Below, one piece after another: positions 1-7,684 of a stretch of DNA of 21,215 bases (position 1 is the stretch's first letter; each line of letters begins with the position of its first letter). The position numbers and the translations under genes are program-made. The notes below the pieces were generated by a model. That model was not told the origin of the DNA. It searched no databases and worked only from the letters and a program-made list of their open reading frames with translations. The stretch is from a virus: UHGV virus genome UHGV-1726252; one strand, given 5' to 3'.

Positions 1-51
1 ACCGTCATGGGGTGTCGGGGGTCGGAGGTTCAAATCCTCTCGTGCCGACCA
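1..51 (+). tRNA. 3' portion of a tRNA-Pro gene (anticodon GGG); the 5' part lies upstream of the window
   Basis: T-arm GGAGG-TTCAAAT-CCTCT, acceptor 3' strand CGTGCCG, discriminator A and encoded CCA at 49-51. Anticodon loop ATGGGGT (7-13) gives U33 and anticodon GGG. The T-arm and acceptor match the enterobacterial tRNA-Pro (proL-type) sequence as I recall it. Confidence 0.75.
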
Positions 52-63
52 AAAACTCCTTTA

Positions 64-92
64 AGAACCAGCCTTTATGGCTGGTTTTTTTA
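64..92 (+). terminator. Intrinsic terminator downstream of the tRNA
   Basis: Inverted repeat AACCAGCC / GGCTGGTT with a short loop, followed by TTTTTTTAT, starting about 15 nt after the CCA end. Confidence 0.6.
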
Positions 93-138
93 TGCCTGTT
101 TTCTGAACGGGGAAGCAACGGGGAATAATCGGGGAAAA

Positions 139-160
139 ACCCCGACACAAAACATCGACT
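139..160 (-). terminator. Possible weak terminator hairpin for the umuD'-like gene
   Basis: On the minus strand, TCGGGG-TTTTT-CCCCGA followed by ATTATTCC, about 25 nt after the stop at 182-184. The U-tract is imperfect. Confidence 0.3.
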
Positions 161-181
161 TTACCGTAAAGTTTCAACTAT

Positions 182-571
182 TCACATCACCGGGCAGTCA
201 TCAAACTCCGCGTTCCTGGCATCATTAATGATGTACGTGATCACCCCGAATATAGCGGGTGCAGAACTGTAACCGTCATCATCTACTGGCAACGCCTCCC
301 TTCTCCCGTTCTCCAGATTAACCAGGTGGGGTTGAGGATGAGTCCGATATCGCTTGATCCTGAATTCCCCGTCTATCGCACATATCAGCAGCGAGCCATC
401 ACAGGCTGAAAGTGAGGCATCAACAACAAGCAGCGCCCCCTGAATTATCCCTTCCCTGAAATGTGAACGCGATGCACGCATGAAATAAGTCGCTGCGGGC
501 TGGCTGATTAACTGCTGATCGAGGGAGATTCGTGTTTCAACATAATCTGCAGCAGGTGAAGGAAAGCCCAT
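182..571 (-). CDS. umuD: UmuD'-like protein (S24 LexA/UmuD family) that begins at the position of the UmuD post-cleavage N-terminus; no umuC partner
   Basis: The product from the ATG at 571 starts MGFPSPAADYVE and aligns end to end with UmuD/MucA-type proteins from the conserved GFPSPAADYVE motif onward. AAGGAG sits 6 nt upstream of this ATG. The Lys of the Ser/Lys dyad is retained (EFRIKR) but the GDSM motif is degenerate (ASRSHF). The track ORF extends 6 codons further to a GTG at 589, which lies inside the LexA box. Confidence 0.8.
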   Translation of the reverse strand: MGFPSPAADYVETRISLDQQLISQPAATYFMRASRSHFREGIIQGALLVVDASLSACDGSLLICAIDGEFRIKRYRTHPQPHLVNLENGRREALPVDDDGYSSAPAIFGVITYIINDARNAEFDDCPVM

Positions 572-586
572 GATCTGCACTCCTTT

Positions 587-606
587 CACTGTTTTTATAT
601 ACAGTA
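587..606 (-). promoter_or_regulatory. LexA (SOS) box overlapping the promoter of the umuD'-like gene
   Basis: Minus strand reads TACTGTATATAAAAACAGTG, a canonical CTGT-N8-ACAG palindrome, about 15 nt upstream of the SD/ATG. A TTGATC -35-like hexamer lies 17 nt upstream of the TACTGT half-site. From memory it is nearly identical to the E. coli umuDC operator. Confidence 0.8.
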
Positions 607-663
607 GTTTTAAAGGGGTTGCAGATCAATGAGGCGACACCTATCAATCTACGCCACCGGGGG

Positions 664-3027
664 TTATTTGAATTTACGAATCAACAACTGAGTGATCCGC
701 ACCGTCCTGGCAATGTTTCTCGTTGCGTAAACTCCGCCAATAATCCCACCGCCGCAGAACTTCCCCTTCGTCCAGTCTCCCGTATAGTTCAGGACAGGGG
801 TGTCGATAGTCTCCCACCCGTCGTAGACCTTAACGGTCTGAGTTGTAGGCGAGGTTTTTTCGCAGCGGATGAGGAACTTTCTTGCCCTATCGGTGGGACT
901 ATAAACATCGTCTATCCCGGCCTGGATCTGAGGATAGGGAGCGGAACCCTGGTATGGATAGCGCAGCTGTAGCAGGTTAAATGTTTTCGACGTGGCATAC
1001 AAAAGCAGGCAATTATCCTCCTGATAATTATCTGCAGCTCCCGAGTTTCGGTTGAGGGACTTCCCGCCAAAGAAAAGAAAACCCGTATCCGTGTCGAAGA
1101 AGCCCTCAACCAGGATTTCAACTTTGTCACCTACCTGTCCAATATCAGCGCAGTTTGTGCCGTCAAACATCTCAGGATTCATGAACGCCACGCGGTTATT
1201 TGTGGCATCCGCCTCGAAGCGGAAATCGAGAGGCCCGGTTTTCTCCAGCGCATTCACCTGAATATAATTTGGCGCGCCGTAGTTGTTCACGTAGCCAAAG
1301 GTGTCCCTGGCCTTCCAGAACGGATTGAACTCAAACCAGCCGCCCCAGAATGCCCCGAGAACTGTCGCCGATGGCGCGATCACCTGGATACGGTTAAGCC
1401 CGTATTTCAACTTGGTAAGATAGAATGGACGGTCTGTCGCGTTGATGGCTGCTTCGTTCTCTCCGGTGTCCGGAAGCTCTTTATCGTAATAGGCGGAAGA
1501 GTTACCGAGTGAAAAGACCCTCACGCGCGGCAGCTGGTCGGCTGCATATGTAGATCCAATATTGCTGTTGCCAAAATTGCGGTATATCAGGGAATCCTGA
1601 TTACCCTCGCTCCACACGAAGAAGTCAAAGATAACCTCGCTCGCCACATAGTCTGCGGCCTGGATGTACCAGATCCGCGGGAACCGCGAGTATTTATATC
1701 CCTCCGACCCCGTATCAGGAACCCAGCTGGAATTGTAGTCCTTCGAATATCGCATCCGGCTGTCCATCCAGCAGATACGCTCAATATCAGTACCGTAGCA
1801 GCGAAGAATGTCAGGCATAAACGACTGAGCGACAAAGGACGCTTTCATCGCATGGCCAACGTCCCCCCAGTGCAGGCCGTCAGGCTGGAGTTCATACTGG
1901 TTGGAGTAATCGCTGTTTTTGGACATCCATGTTTTTTGCATGAAGTCCTGATCGATAATGGACACCCCCAGCACCTCCGCCATGTATTTTTTCGCGGCAT
2001 CGATCTGGGCTGCAGCTTCTTCATTGTCACGCCCGGAAGTACCAGAGTTCCAGCCGTTGTAGGAGCGCCAGTTTGCATCGCAGGTCGTTAGTACGGGTGT
2101 GGCGCCGGCTGCGATAACCTTCTTCATGACCTCGATTGTTTGCGCGATATGCTCGGTGATTTTATTTCCTGCGTCTGTAATATCGTTCAGCCCGAAGCTG
2201 ATGATCACGATATCCGGGTTAGAAGGAATATAGGGGTTTTGCAGGACGATTTTATCAAAGTAATAATTTACCCAGCCGTTCTGCATTTGCTGGCCGGAAT
2301 ACCCGGCGTTATAAACGCTAATGTTGTTGTTACGATGGTACTGCCGAAGGATTGTCTGCAGTCTGGCACACCATGCATTGGGCGCTTCTGCGTTATGGTC
2401 ACTGTTGGCCAGAGGTGCAGTGGCCCACGGGAAGCCAGTTACAGGCGTGGTGGGGTTTGCCGTCCACCCCGTGGAGCCATTACCATCACCGGTCGAATCG
2501 GCTATGCTGGTAATAATAACCGTCTCTCCGGCATGCATTTTTGCTGCCCAGTAATCCAGGGTTTTAATATGTCCCTGAAATAATGGTGCCGCAGCACTGA
2601 GAATTAACTGCCGAAGAGAGGCATCGCCTACGGAGACAAAATGGGAAGAGTCAGTTGTATCCCACGAAGTTTTTGTTGTCCCGGCTGTTTTATAAGGTGG
2701 TTTGGTACCAGCAGACAGCTTATAGAATTCACCGTCATAACGAATCAGCTCATTGTATTCAGAGACAGTAATTATGCCGTCTTCATAATCTCCAATTACG
2801 TCATAGCCCGCATTTTCAATAAAGGTGCGAAATCGCGTTTCCTGATCAGCTATCTGATTATTGAAGTCATATTCCATTCCACTCCACGATTTACGTATCC
2901 GACCCAGCCTGTCGGTCCATGTTTTGTTGGTAATTCCATTTACCGCCTGATCCAGGTTCTGAGCGTTATCACGTAAATCGCGTGGGTCAGTTGAACCCGG
3001 CGGGTTAAGAGTGTTGTATGGTGCCAT
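664..3027 (-). CDS. Tailspike / side tail fibre protein with a central SGNH (GDSL-like) esterase domain, a probable receptor-modifying (deacetylase-type) enzyme
   Basis: 787 aa from the ATG at 3027, which has GGAG 10 nt upstream. All four SGNH blocks are present in order: SIADSTGDG (Ser block), YNAGYSGQ (Gly block), ISFGLNDI (GxND), DGLHWGDVGH (DxxH). The N-terminal ~130 aa resembles conserved fibre attachment domains. The track ORF extends 15 codons upstream across a terminator and is not taken as real. Confidence 0.8.
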   Translation of the reverse strand: MAPYNTLNPPGSTDPRDLRDNAQNLDQAVNGITNKTWTDRLGRIRKSWSGMEYDFNNQIADQETRFRTFIENAGYDVIGDYEDGIITVSEYNELIRYDGEFYKLSAGTKPPYKTAGTTKTSWDTTDSSHFVSVGDASLRQLILSAAAPLFQGHIKTLDYWAAKMHAGETVIITSIADSTGDGNGSTGWTANPTTPVTGFPWATAPLANSDHNAEAPNAWCARLQTILRQYHRNNNISVYNAGYSGQQMQNGWVNYYFDKIVLQNPYIPSNPDIVIISFGLNDITDAGNKITEHIAQTIEVMKKVIAAGATPVLTTCDANWRSYNGWNSGTSGRDNEEAAAQIDAAKKYMAEVLGVSIIDQDFMQKTWMSKNSDYSNQYELQPDGLHWGDVGHAMKASFVAQSFMPDILRCYGTDIERICWMDSRMRYSKDYNSSWVPDTGSEGYKYSRFPRIWYIQAADYVASEVIFDFFVWSEGNQDSLIYRNFGNSNIGSTYAADQLPRVRVFSLGNSSAYYDKELPDTGENEAAINATDRPFYLTKLKYGLNRIQVIAPSATVLGAFWGGWFEFNPFWKARDTFGYVNNYGAPNYIQVNALEKTGPLDFRFEADATNNRVAFMNPEMFDGTNCADIGQVGDKVEILVEGFFDTDTGFLFFGGKSLNRNSGAADNYQEDNCLLLYATSKTFNLLQLRYPYQGSAPYPQIQAGIDDVYSPTDRARKFLIRCEKTSPTTQTVKVYDGWETIDTPVLNYTGDWTKGKFCGGGIIGGVYATRNIARTVRITQLLIRKFK

Positions 3028-3043
3028 TGTATTTCTCCAGCAT

Positions 3044-3066
3044 AAAAAAACCCGCCGGAGCGGGTT
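3044..3066 (-). terminator. Intrinsic terminator between the J-like gene and the tailspike gene
   Basis: Minus strand ACCCGC-TCCG-GCGGGT followed by TTTTTTT, ending about 15 nt before the tailspike SD. Confidence 0.75.
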
Positions 3067-3084
3067 ATGCAATTAAGGGTGTTT

Positions 3085-6000
3085 TCAGGAGACATCGCCG
3101 GGGTAGCTGGCGTCATCGTACTTATATTTATCGGGATGGTACTGAATGGCTGAAATACTGCTGGTCCCATCACCTCCGGGAGAAATCTCGCCAACCAGCG
3201 CGTCATACCCGACACGGGATGACGAACAGAACAGCAGGCGAGGCGGCTCAATGTACGGACTGTCCATCGCCCATTCTTCCGGTGCCAGCGCGGCGCTGTA
3301 TGGAATACGCAGGGTGTAATCATCGATGCGCGTCGGAACCTGCAGCGGCGACGCCCGGCCGTCCTGGTGGCGGATCACCACCCGCGGATTTGGAAAACTC
3401 CAGTCCGGCGGTTCGCTGACTGTCAGGGTGATCGCAGTGCTGTCCCATTCCATGTCAGTTATCAGGCAGCTCAGCGTCTGGTTGCCGGGAATGTCGTCAG
3501 TGAGGATGATCCGGTCCATAAACTGGTAGCACAGCGCATCCATTTCAGTGCTGGTCGTATGCTGCAGGCGCTGCAGCTGGTAGCCGCGCAAACGGCGCAT
3601 GCCAATGCGGTACGCCCGGTCCTGATCCACAACCCCCTCCAGTTTGTAATCTTCCACCTTCACTGGCGTAGAGTTTCCGGGCTGACGGCACTGTACGGTT
3701 TCTTCTGCCCAGGTCGTGCCGTTGATATACGTCACATCCACGCCGTCATAATCGTCCTGGCTCGGAGCCTTGAAGGCCGTCTGCAGCTCTTCAGTCGTCT
3801 CCTGGGGAGTGATCATCCCGGTCCAGTTTTTCACTCCTTCTCTCCCGGCGGAAACCAGTCCATCTGACAGAAGGAAGTATCCCATCCCTGCGCCGGTAAT
3901 GATTTTCAATACCTCGAGCGCAGACTTGCTGTCCCCGGTGGCCCAGTCGAACGTTTCCCCGCGGGGGGTCCACCAGGTCTGTTCGAGCGCGTCAATCGCT
4001 GCGCGGTCAATCTGTTCAGGGCGGAAACCCAGAGATTCCAGGACATGGTACAGCGCCCCGCTGATGCTGCGTGAAGGGTGTCCGTTATATAGCCGTGTGG
4101 GAATGACGTTAACGCGGCGATCGGACTGGGCCGCCAGTCGGTTACCGGTTCGTACCGTCAGCGCAAGAGTGGTCACGCCTGCATAGCTCCCCGGGCGTTT
4201 GCTCAACCGCGAGCGCATCGCCTGCCAGTAAAGGTTGTTCACCGTCCTGGCACCGCCAATTTTCGTCGTACGCCGCACGCGGACCTCATACTGTGCGGCC
4301 GGCAGCCCGCTGATGCGCCGGGTATAACCGTGGCCATCTGCGGTTTTGTTGGTGAAGTTATACACCACCTGCGACCAGGCTCCCGAAGTGGCTGCATTAC
4401 GGTACTGAACCAGCACCCGCACAGTATGCGACTGCGGATCCCCGTTCTTTTTGTACTGGATGTGGCCGTTGGGGAAAATGAAGTTATTTTCGATGGCCGT
4501 GGTTGTTTCTCCGTCCGGGCAGGCAAGGAAGGGGCCGAGCCAGGCATAATCATCATTCACGCCGGTGACCTGGGCATCGAGCAGCGTACGCTCGGTGAAC
4601 CCTGGCCATGCCGGATCCACGGTGACGACATCATTACCACTGGTGTCCTGGGTGACGACCACCCGCTCAACCGTGATGGTCTGATCATCAATATCGGTAA
4701 TGCGGAACTGGCCGTCGGCGTAGCCGATACCGATCCGCTGAACGCCATCAGGGATACCGGTGAAAGGCTTGCCTGTGGCATTGTCATACGCCAGCGTGAT
4801 ATTTGCCTCAACCGCCGCGGTACCGCCCGTCGAGGCCACCCCGGTAACATCTACCGTAGCGCTGCCGAATACGGAGACCGGAAGAGCGCTGTGACTGATG
4901 GCCCCCCCGGCAAACGGGCTGCTTTCCTCGGCAATCTGCAGCCGGCCACCAGTATCGCGCGCGATCAGGCCGGAACCGGTGAGCTGGTTTGATATGGTAT
5001 TAACCAGTCCGGACATCGTGACGTAACTGGTAATGAGTGAGATAGCATACGTCGTGCCTTTCCAGCCGATCGTGAACGTAACCGGCGTTGCCGTGAAATC
5101 GTACGTGGTGGGCGCGGCGCTGGCGGTAATGCTCGCTGTCGAACCACCCACCCCGGGCACCGCCGGAACGCCTGCTGCGTAACTGGCGATATACAGATCA
5201 TAAGCCGACTCATTAAACGTCACCGAGACAGGCATGCCTGCAGCTGGCCGTAGCTCAGCAACATCACCATAAATCACGCTGTACCCGCCGGCATTGGCAA
5301 CCCGGTAGGAGTTTGGTGCTACTACCGTGATTACTGTGCCAACAACCCAGGCCGCCGGGATCTCCGTTTCACCGTCGCTGGCCGTGGCCGCAATCAGGGA
5401 AAGAGTGTTACCGCTCACCAGAATGGCATCAGAGATGATACTGACCGTCTGCGGGCCGGTTGAGCCGAGGTCGAGGCCTGCGGTACCCGAAGTGGTATTC
5501 CCCACCTCGCCGCTGTTGAACCAGTTCTCGGAACGACTATCGGCCGCAACGCTGGCACCCGGTGGATAGATGGTGGCGCTGACATCACTGCCGAACGCGG
5601 ATGCTGGCGTGGAGCCAATGCGTATCGCCGACGCGGGCAGTGCCATGTCGCCCACCCCCACGCATAAAAACATGCTGGTCACGTATTTTTTGGGATCGGC
5701 GGAATCGAAGCGCGAAACCGGCTGGACGACGTAATCCGGCCACACCTTATAGCGACCAAATATCTCCCGGATGGGATCGCCCAGTTTTGCCATATTGGCC
5801 TTTGCAGGGTTGAGCTCGAGTTGATCCCCGTTGCCGGGCTGGCTGGCGCCGCCGGTCTGCATGGTGCTCATCATGTAGATGGAGTAGGCGGCAGAGGCGA
5901 CGGCTATTGCCACTGCCGTCCAGACCAGCCAGGCTGGCGCCGCCGGGCCAAACGGAACGGGATACAGGCGTACATCATCATCCGGTGCGATAATCTGCGC

Positions 6001-6177
6001 ACTCCACTCATTCGGAGGGATAGACACACCATTCAACTCCAGCGCCACCGGGTGGGTCATGTCAGGCTGCCAGCCCTGCACGTTTCTGGTGAACCAGTCG
6101 GCAATGGTGGTGCTGGCGTGCTGATGCGACTCCAGCGGTTCGCCTTCGATTCGGGAGGGATAAATTCGGATCGTCAC
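3085..6177 (-). CDS. Central tail fibre / host-specificity protein, lambda gpJ-like core with an extra N-terminal module and no lambda-type C-terminal receptor-binding domain
   Basis: 1030-aa ORF starting at a GTG that overlaps the K-like stop (GTGA), with GGAG 8 nt upstream. Residues ~110-700 show gpJ-like stretches (for example VRVLVQYRN...YEVRVRRTT against lambda RLLVQIQRN...FNIRMRRMT, from memory). The first ~75 aa end in YPVPFG and are followed by a ~25-residue hydrophobic segment. Confidence 0.8.
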   Translation of the reverse strand: MTIRIYPSRIEGEPLESHQHASTTIADWFTRNVQGWQPDMTHPVALELNGVSIPPNEWSAQIIAPDDDVRLYPVPFGPAAPAWLVWTAVAIAVASAAYSIYMMSTMQTGGASQPGNGDQLELNPAKANMAKLGDPIREIFGRYKVWPDYVVQPVSRFDSADPKKYVTSMFLCVGVGDMALPASAIRIGSTPASAFGSDVSATIYPPGASVAADSRSENWFNSGEVGNTTSGTAGLDLGSTGPQTVSIISDAILVSGNTLSLIAATASDGETEIPAAWVVGTVITVVAPNSYRVANAGGYSVIYGDVAELRPAAGMPVSVTFNESAYDLYIASYAAGVPAVPGVGGSTASITASAAPTTYDFTATPVTFTIGWKGTTYAISLITSYVTMSGLVNTISNQLTGSGLIARDTGGRLQIAEESSPFAGGAISHSALPVSVFGSATVDVTGVASTGGTAAVEANITLAYDNATGKPFTGIPDGVQRIGIGYADGQFRITDIDDQTITVERVVVTQDTSGNDVVTVDPAWPGFTERTLLDAQVTGVNDDYAWLGPFLACPDGETTTAIENNFIFPNGHIQYKKNGDPQSHTVRVLVQYRNAATSGAWSQVVYNFTNKTADGHGYTRRISGLPAAQYEVRVRRTTKIGGARTVNNLYWQAMRSRLSKRPGSYAGVTTLALTVRTGNRLAAQSDRRVNVIPTRLYNGHPSRSISGALYHVLESLGFRPEQIDRAAIDALEQTWWTPRGETFDWATGDSKSALEVLKIITGAGMGYFLLSDGLVSAGREGVKNWTGMITPQETTEELQTAFKAPSQDDYDGVDVTYINGTTWAEETVQCRQPGNSTPVKVEDYKLEGVVDQDRAYRIGMRRLRGYQLQRLQHTTSTEMDALCYQFMDRIILTDDIPGNQTLSCLITDMEWDSTAITLTVSEPPDWSFPNPRVVIRHQDGRASPLQVPTRIDDYTLRIPYSAALAPEEWAMDSPYIEPPRLLFCSSSRVGYDALVGEISPGGDGTSSISAIQYHPDKYKYDDASYPGDVS

Positions 6178-6728
6178 TTATAGAACTCCACTTTGACGTA
6201 CTGCCGGAGAAATCGGGCCAGAGGTAATATGGTCACGTTGCGTTTAGGGTTAGCCTCGAGGACGTGCAAAGCGCCATTAACGGTGACGGCGATTCCCAGA
6301 TGCGTTACTAGTCCCGCGGTATAACACGCCGCTACCGCACCCTCTTCTGGCTCGCATTTTTCGATACTGCTGAGGAAGCCGTTGCAGGTGTCATTCATCT
6401 GAGAGCCTTCGTTAATAACACCCTCAAAAACAGGCCAGTCCGGCAGACCTAGATCGCGCCTCACCTCATGAATTACGCCATAACAGTCGAGAACCGGGTA
6501 ATCGCGGCCGCCCATCTGCCATGTAACCGAGAGGTATTTTTCAGGATTAAACCGACCTTCTCTGGAGGATGAATTCATTTTTGAGGCGTTTGATAAGCTC
6601 ACCATTCGGCTCCTTAATCTCTTTTCTTCCTCTGCTCGTGTGATGAGATCAGGCTGGTCGTGACATTCATGGTGGATATTACGAGGATTCTCTGACGGCA
6701 GCGGATTTCCGGTATTGTATTTAGCCAT
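6174..6728 (-). CDS. Tail tip assembly protein, gpK-like NlpC/P60 peptidase lacking the JAB/MPN domain
   Basis: 184 aa with an NlpC/P60 Cys motif (VLDCYGV, compare lambda K TDCYTLF as recalled) and downstream His residues (VTHLGIAV, ALHVLE). No ExxGxLxG or HxHx7SxxD JAB motifs in the N-terminal 75 aa. ATG start; stop overlaps the J-like start. Confidence 0.7.
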   Translation of the reverse strand: MAKYNTGNPLPSENPRNIHHECHDQPDLITRAEEEKRLRSRMVSLSNASKMNSSSREGRFNPEKYLSVTWQMGGRDYPVLDCYGVIHEVRRDLGLPDWPVFEGVINEGSQMNDTCNGFLSSIEKCEPEEGAVAACYTAGLVTHLGIAVTVNGALHVLEANPKRNVTILPLARFLRQYVKVEFYK

Positions 6729-6737
6729 AATGATTTC

Positions 6738-7226
6738 CTACTGCAGGTAACGAAGTCCCGGGAAGTCCGGCAGCGTGTAACGGTAGCGCGGCCATGACGT
6801 ATCGAGAATGTTCATGTAGCCGGCGGTGATCTGCACCTCCGTTGCTGTCCAGGAACCCTCTTTAATCGCGAGGGTGAACGGGGGAGCTGCGGGTGCTGAC
6901 AGATCGGTGGAGACGTACCGTCGAAAGGTCAGTGATGCATTGCTCAAATTGTCGAGCGCATTACGGATCGCCGTTGATACAATGCCGTCGATATTGCTGA
7001 TGGCGAATTTTAGATCCTGCGTGCCGTCGGCGTTGCGCGCTGGCAGCGCCACATCAATGGCAGAACCGGTGAATGTCGCCTCGCTGCCCGTTTCCAGGGT
7101 AACAGTTATGTCATCCCATCCGCGGGTCAGCCAGTAATCCTGACCACCAACGGTGATTTGTAGCGTGTCCAGGATGACCTCATCACCACCGGATGCGTAA
7201 AGCCGGTTGAGAACCGCACTGGTCAT
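6738..7226 (-). CDS. Tail tip protein, gpL-like N-terminal domain, Cys-free
   Basis: 162 aa from the ATG at 7226 (AAGGAG upstream; ATGA overlap with the M-like stop). VILDTLQITVGGQDYWL resembles lambda gpL VVLWEIDLTEVGGERYFF as recalled. The track start at 7238 is a GTG with no usable SD spacing. Confidence 0.6.
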   Translation of the reverse strand: MTSAVLNRLYASGGDEVILDTLQITVGGQDYWLTRGWDDITVTLETGSEATFTGSAIDVALPARNADGTQDLKFAISNIDGIVSTAIRNALDNLSNASLTFRRYVSTDLSAPAAPPFTLAIKEGSWTATEVQITAGYMNILDTSWPRYRYTLPDFPGLRYLQ

Positions 7227-7684
7227 GCTTCGGGCCACTCCTTATTCAGCGCCAGATCGATAATGTCAGAACCAGCCACCATCTCGGGAAATAATCCCCA
7301 ACCTGGCGGCAATAGTGGCCGTTCCCACAATTCCAGCGTTGCGGTAAATTGCCAGAATTTACCGCTTGCCAAAATTGGGCCCTGATAAATATCTACAAAA
7401 CGACACTTATAAGGTTGAATCCCCAAAGGAGTTTTAAGGCGCATATAAAACCAGGCAACACCATCTGTAAGAGCGTCCCGAAACCATGCCTCAAATAACT
7501 GGGCTTCATTATCTCTCTTAAATGACCATTTCACGCTCGCTTGCGTAGGAACCGAGCTATAAATTCGGCGTTGCCTGGAACGGCCTGAGGTTAATTTGGT
7601 ACGAAGAAAAGGACTTATGGGCTCGAGCCCAAAACCATCTTTTAATGGGATCGGTAATTCTTTAGGGTAGAAAATATCAGCCAT
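7223..7684 (-). CDS. Distal tail protein, gpM-like
   Basis: 153 aa immediately after the tape measure gene, with a start/stop overlap (TAATG). Weak pattern similarity to lambda gpM. Base composition is clearly more AT-rich than neighbouring genes. Confidence 0.5.
   Translation of the reverse strand: MADIFYPKELPIPLKDGFGLEPISPFLRTKLTSGRSRQRRIYSSVPTQASVKWSFKRDNEAQLFEAWFRDALTDGVAWFYMRLKTPLGIQPYKCRFVDIYQGPILASGKFWQFTATLELWERPLLPPGWGLFPEMVAGSDIIDLALNKEWPEA

Noticed and set aside
1-181. Possibility that umuC follows the umuD'-like gene
   Set aside because: Only about 180 nt separate the umuD' stop from the window edge, and this space holds a tRNA 3' half and terminator on the other strand. No umuC-like frame is present.
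7-228. 73-aa plus-strand ORF at the start of the window
   Set aside because: It overlaps the tRNA-Pro 3' half and its terminator. No SD and no protein-like composition.
3028-3072. Upstream extension of the tailspike ORF (MHNPLRRVFLCWRNT)
   Set aside because: The extension runs through the intrinsic terminator hairpin and U-tract. The ATG at 3027 has a proper SD and begins a typical fibre N-terminus.
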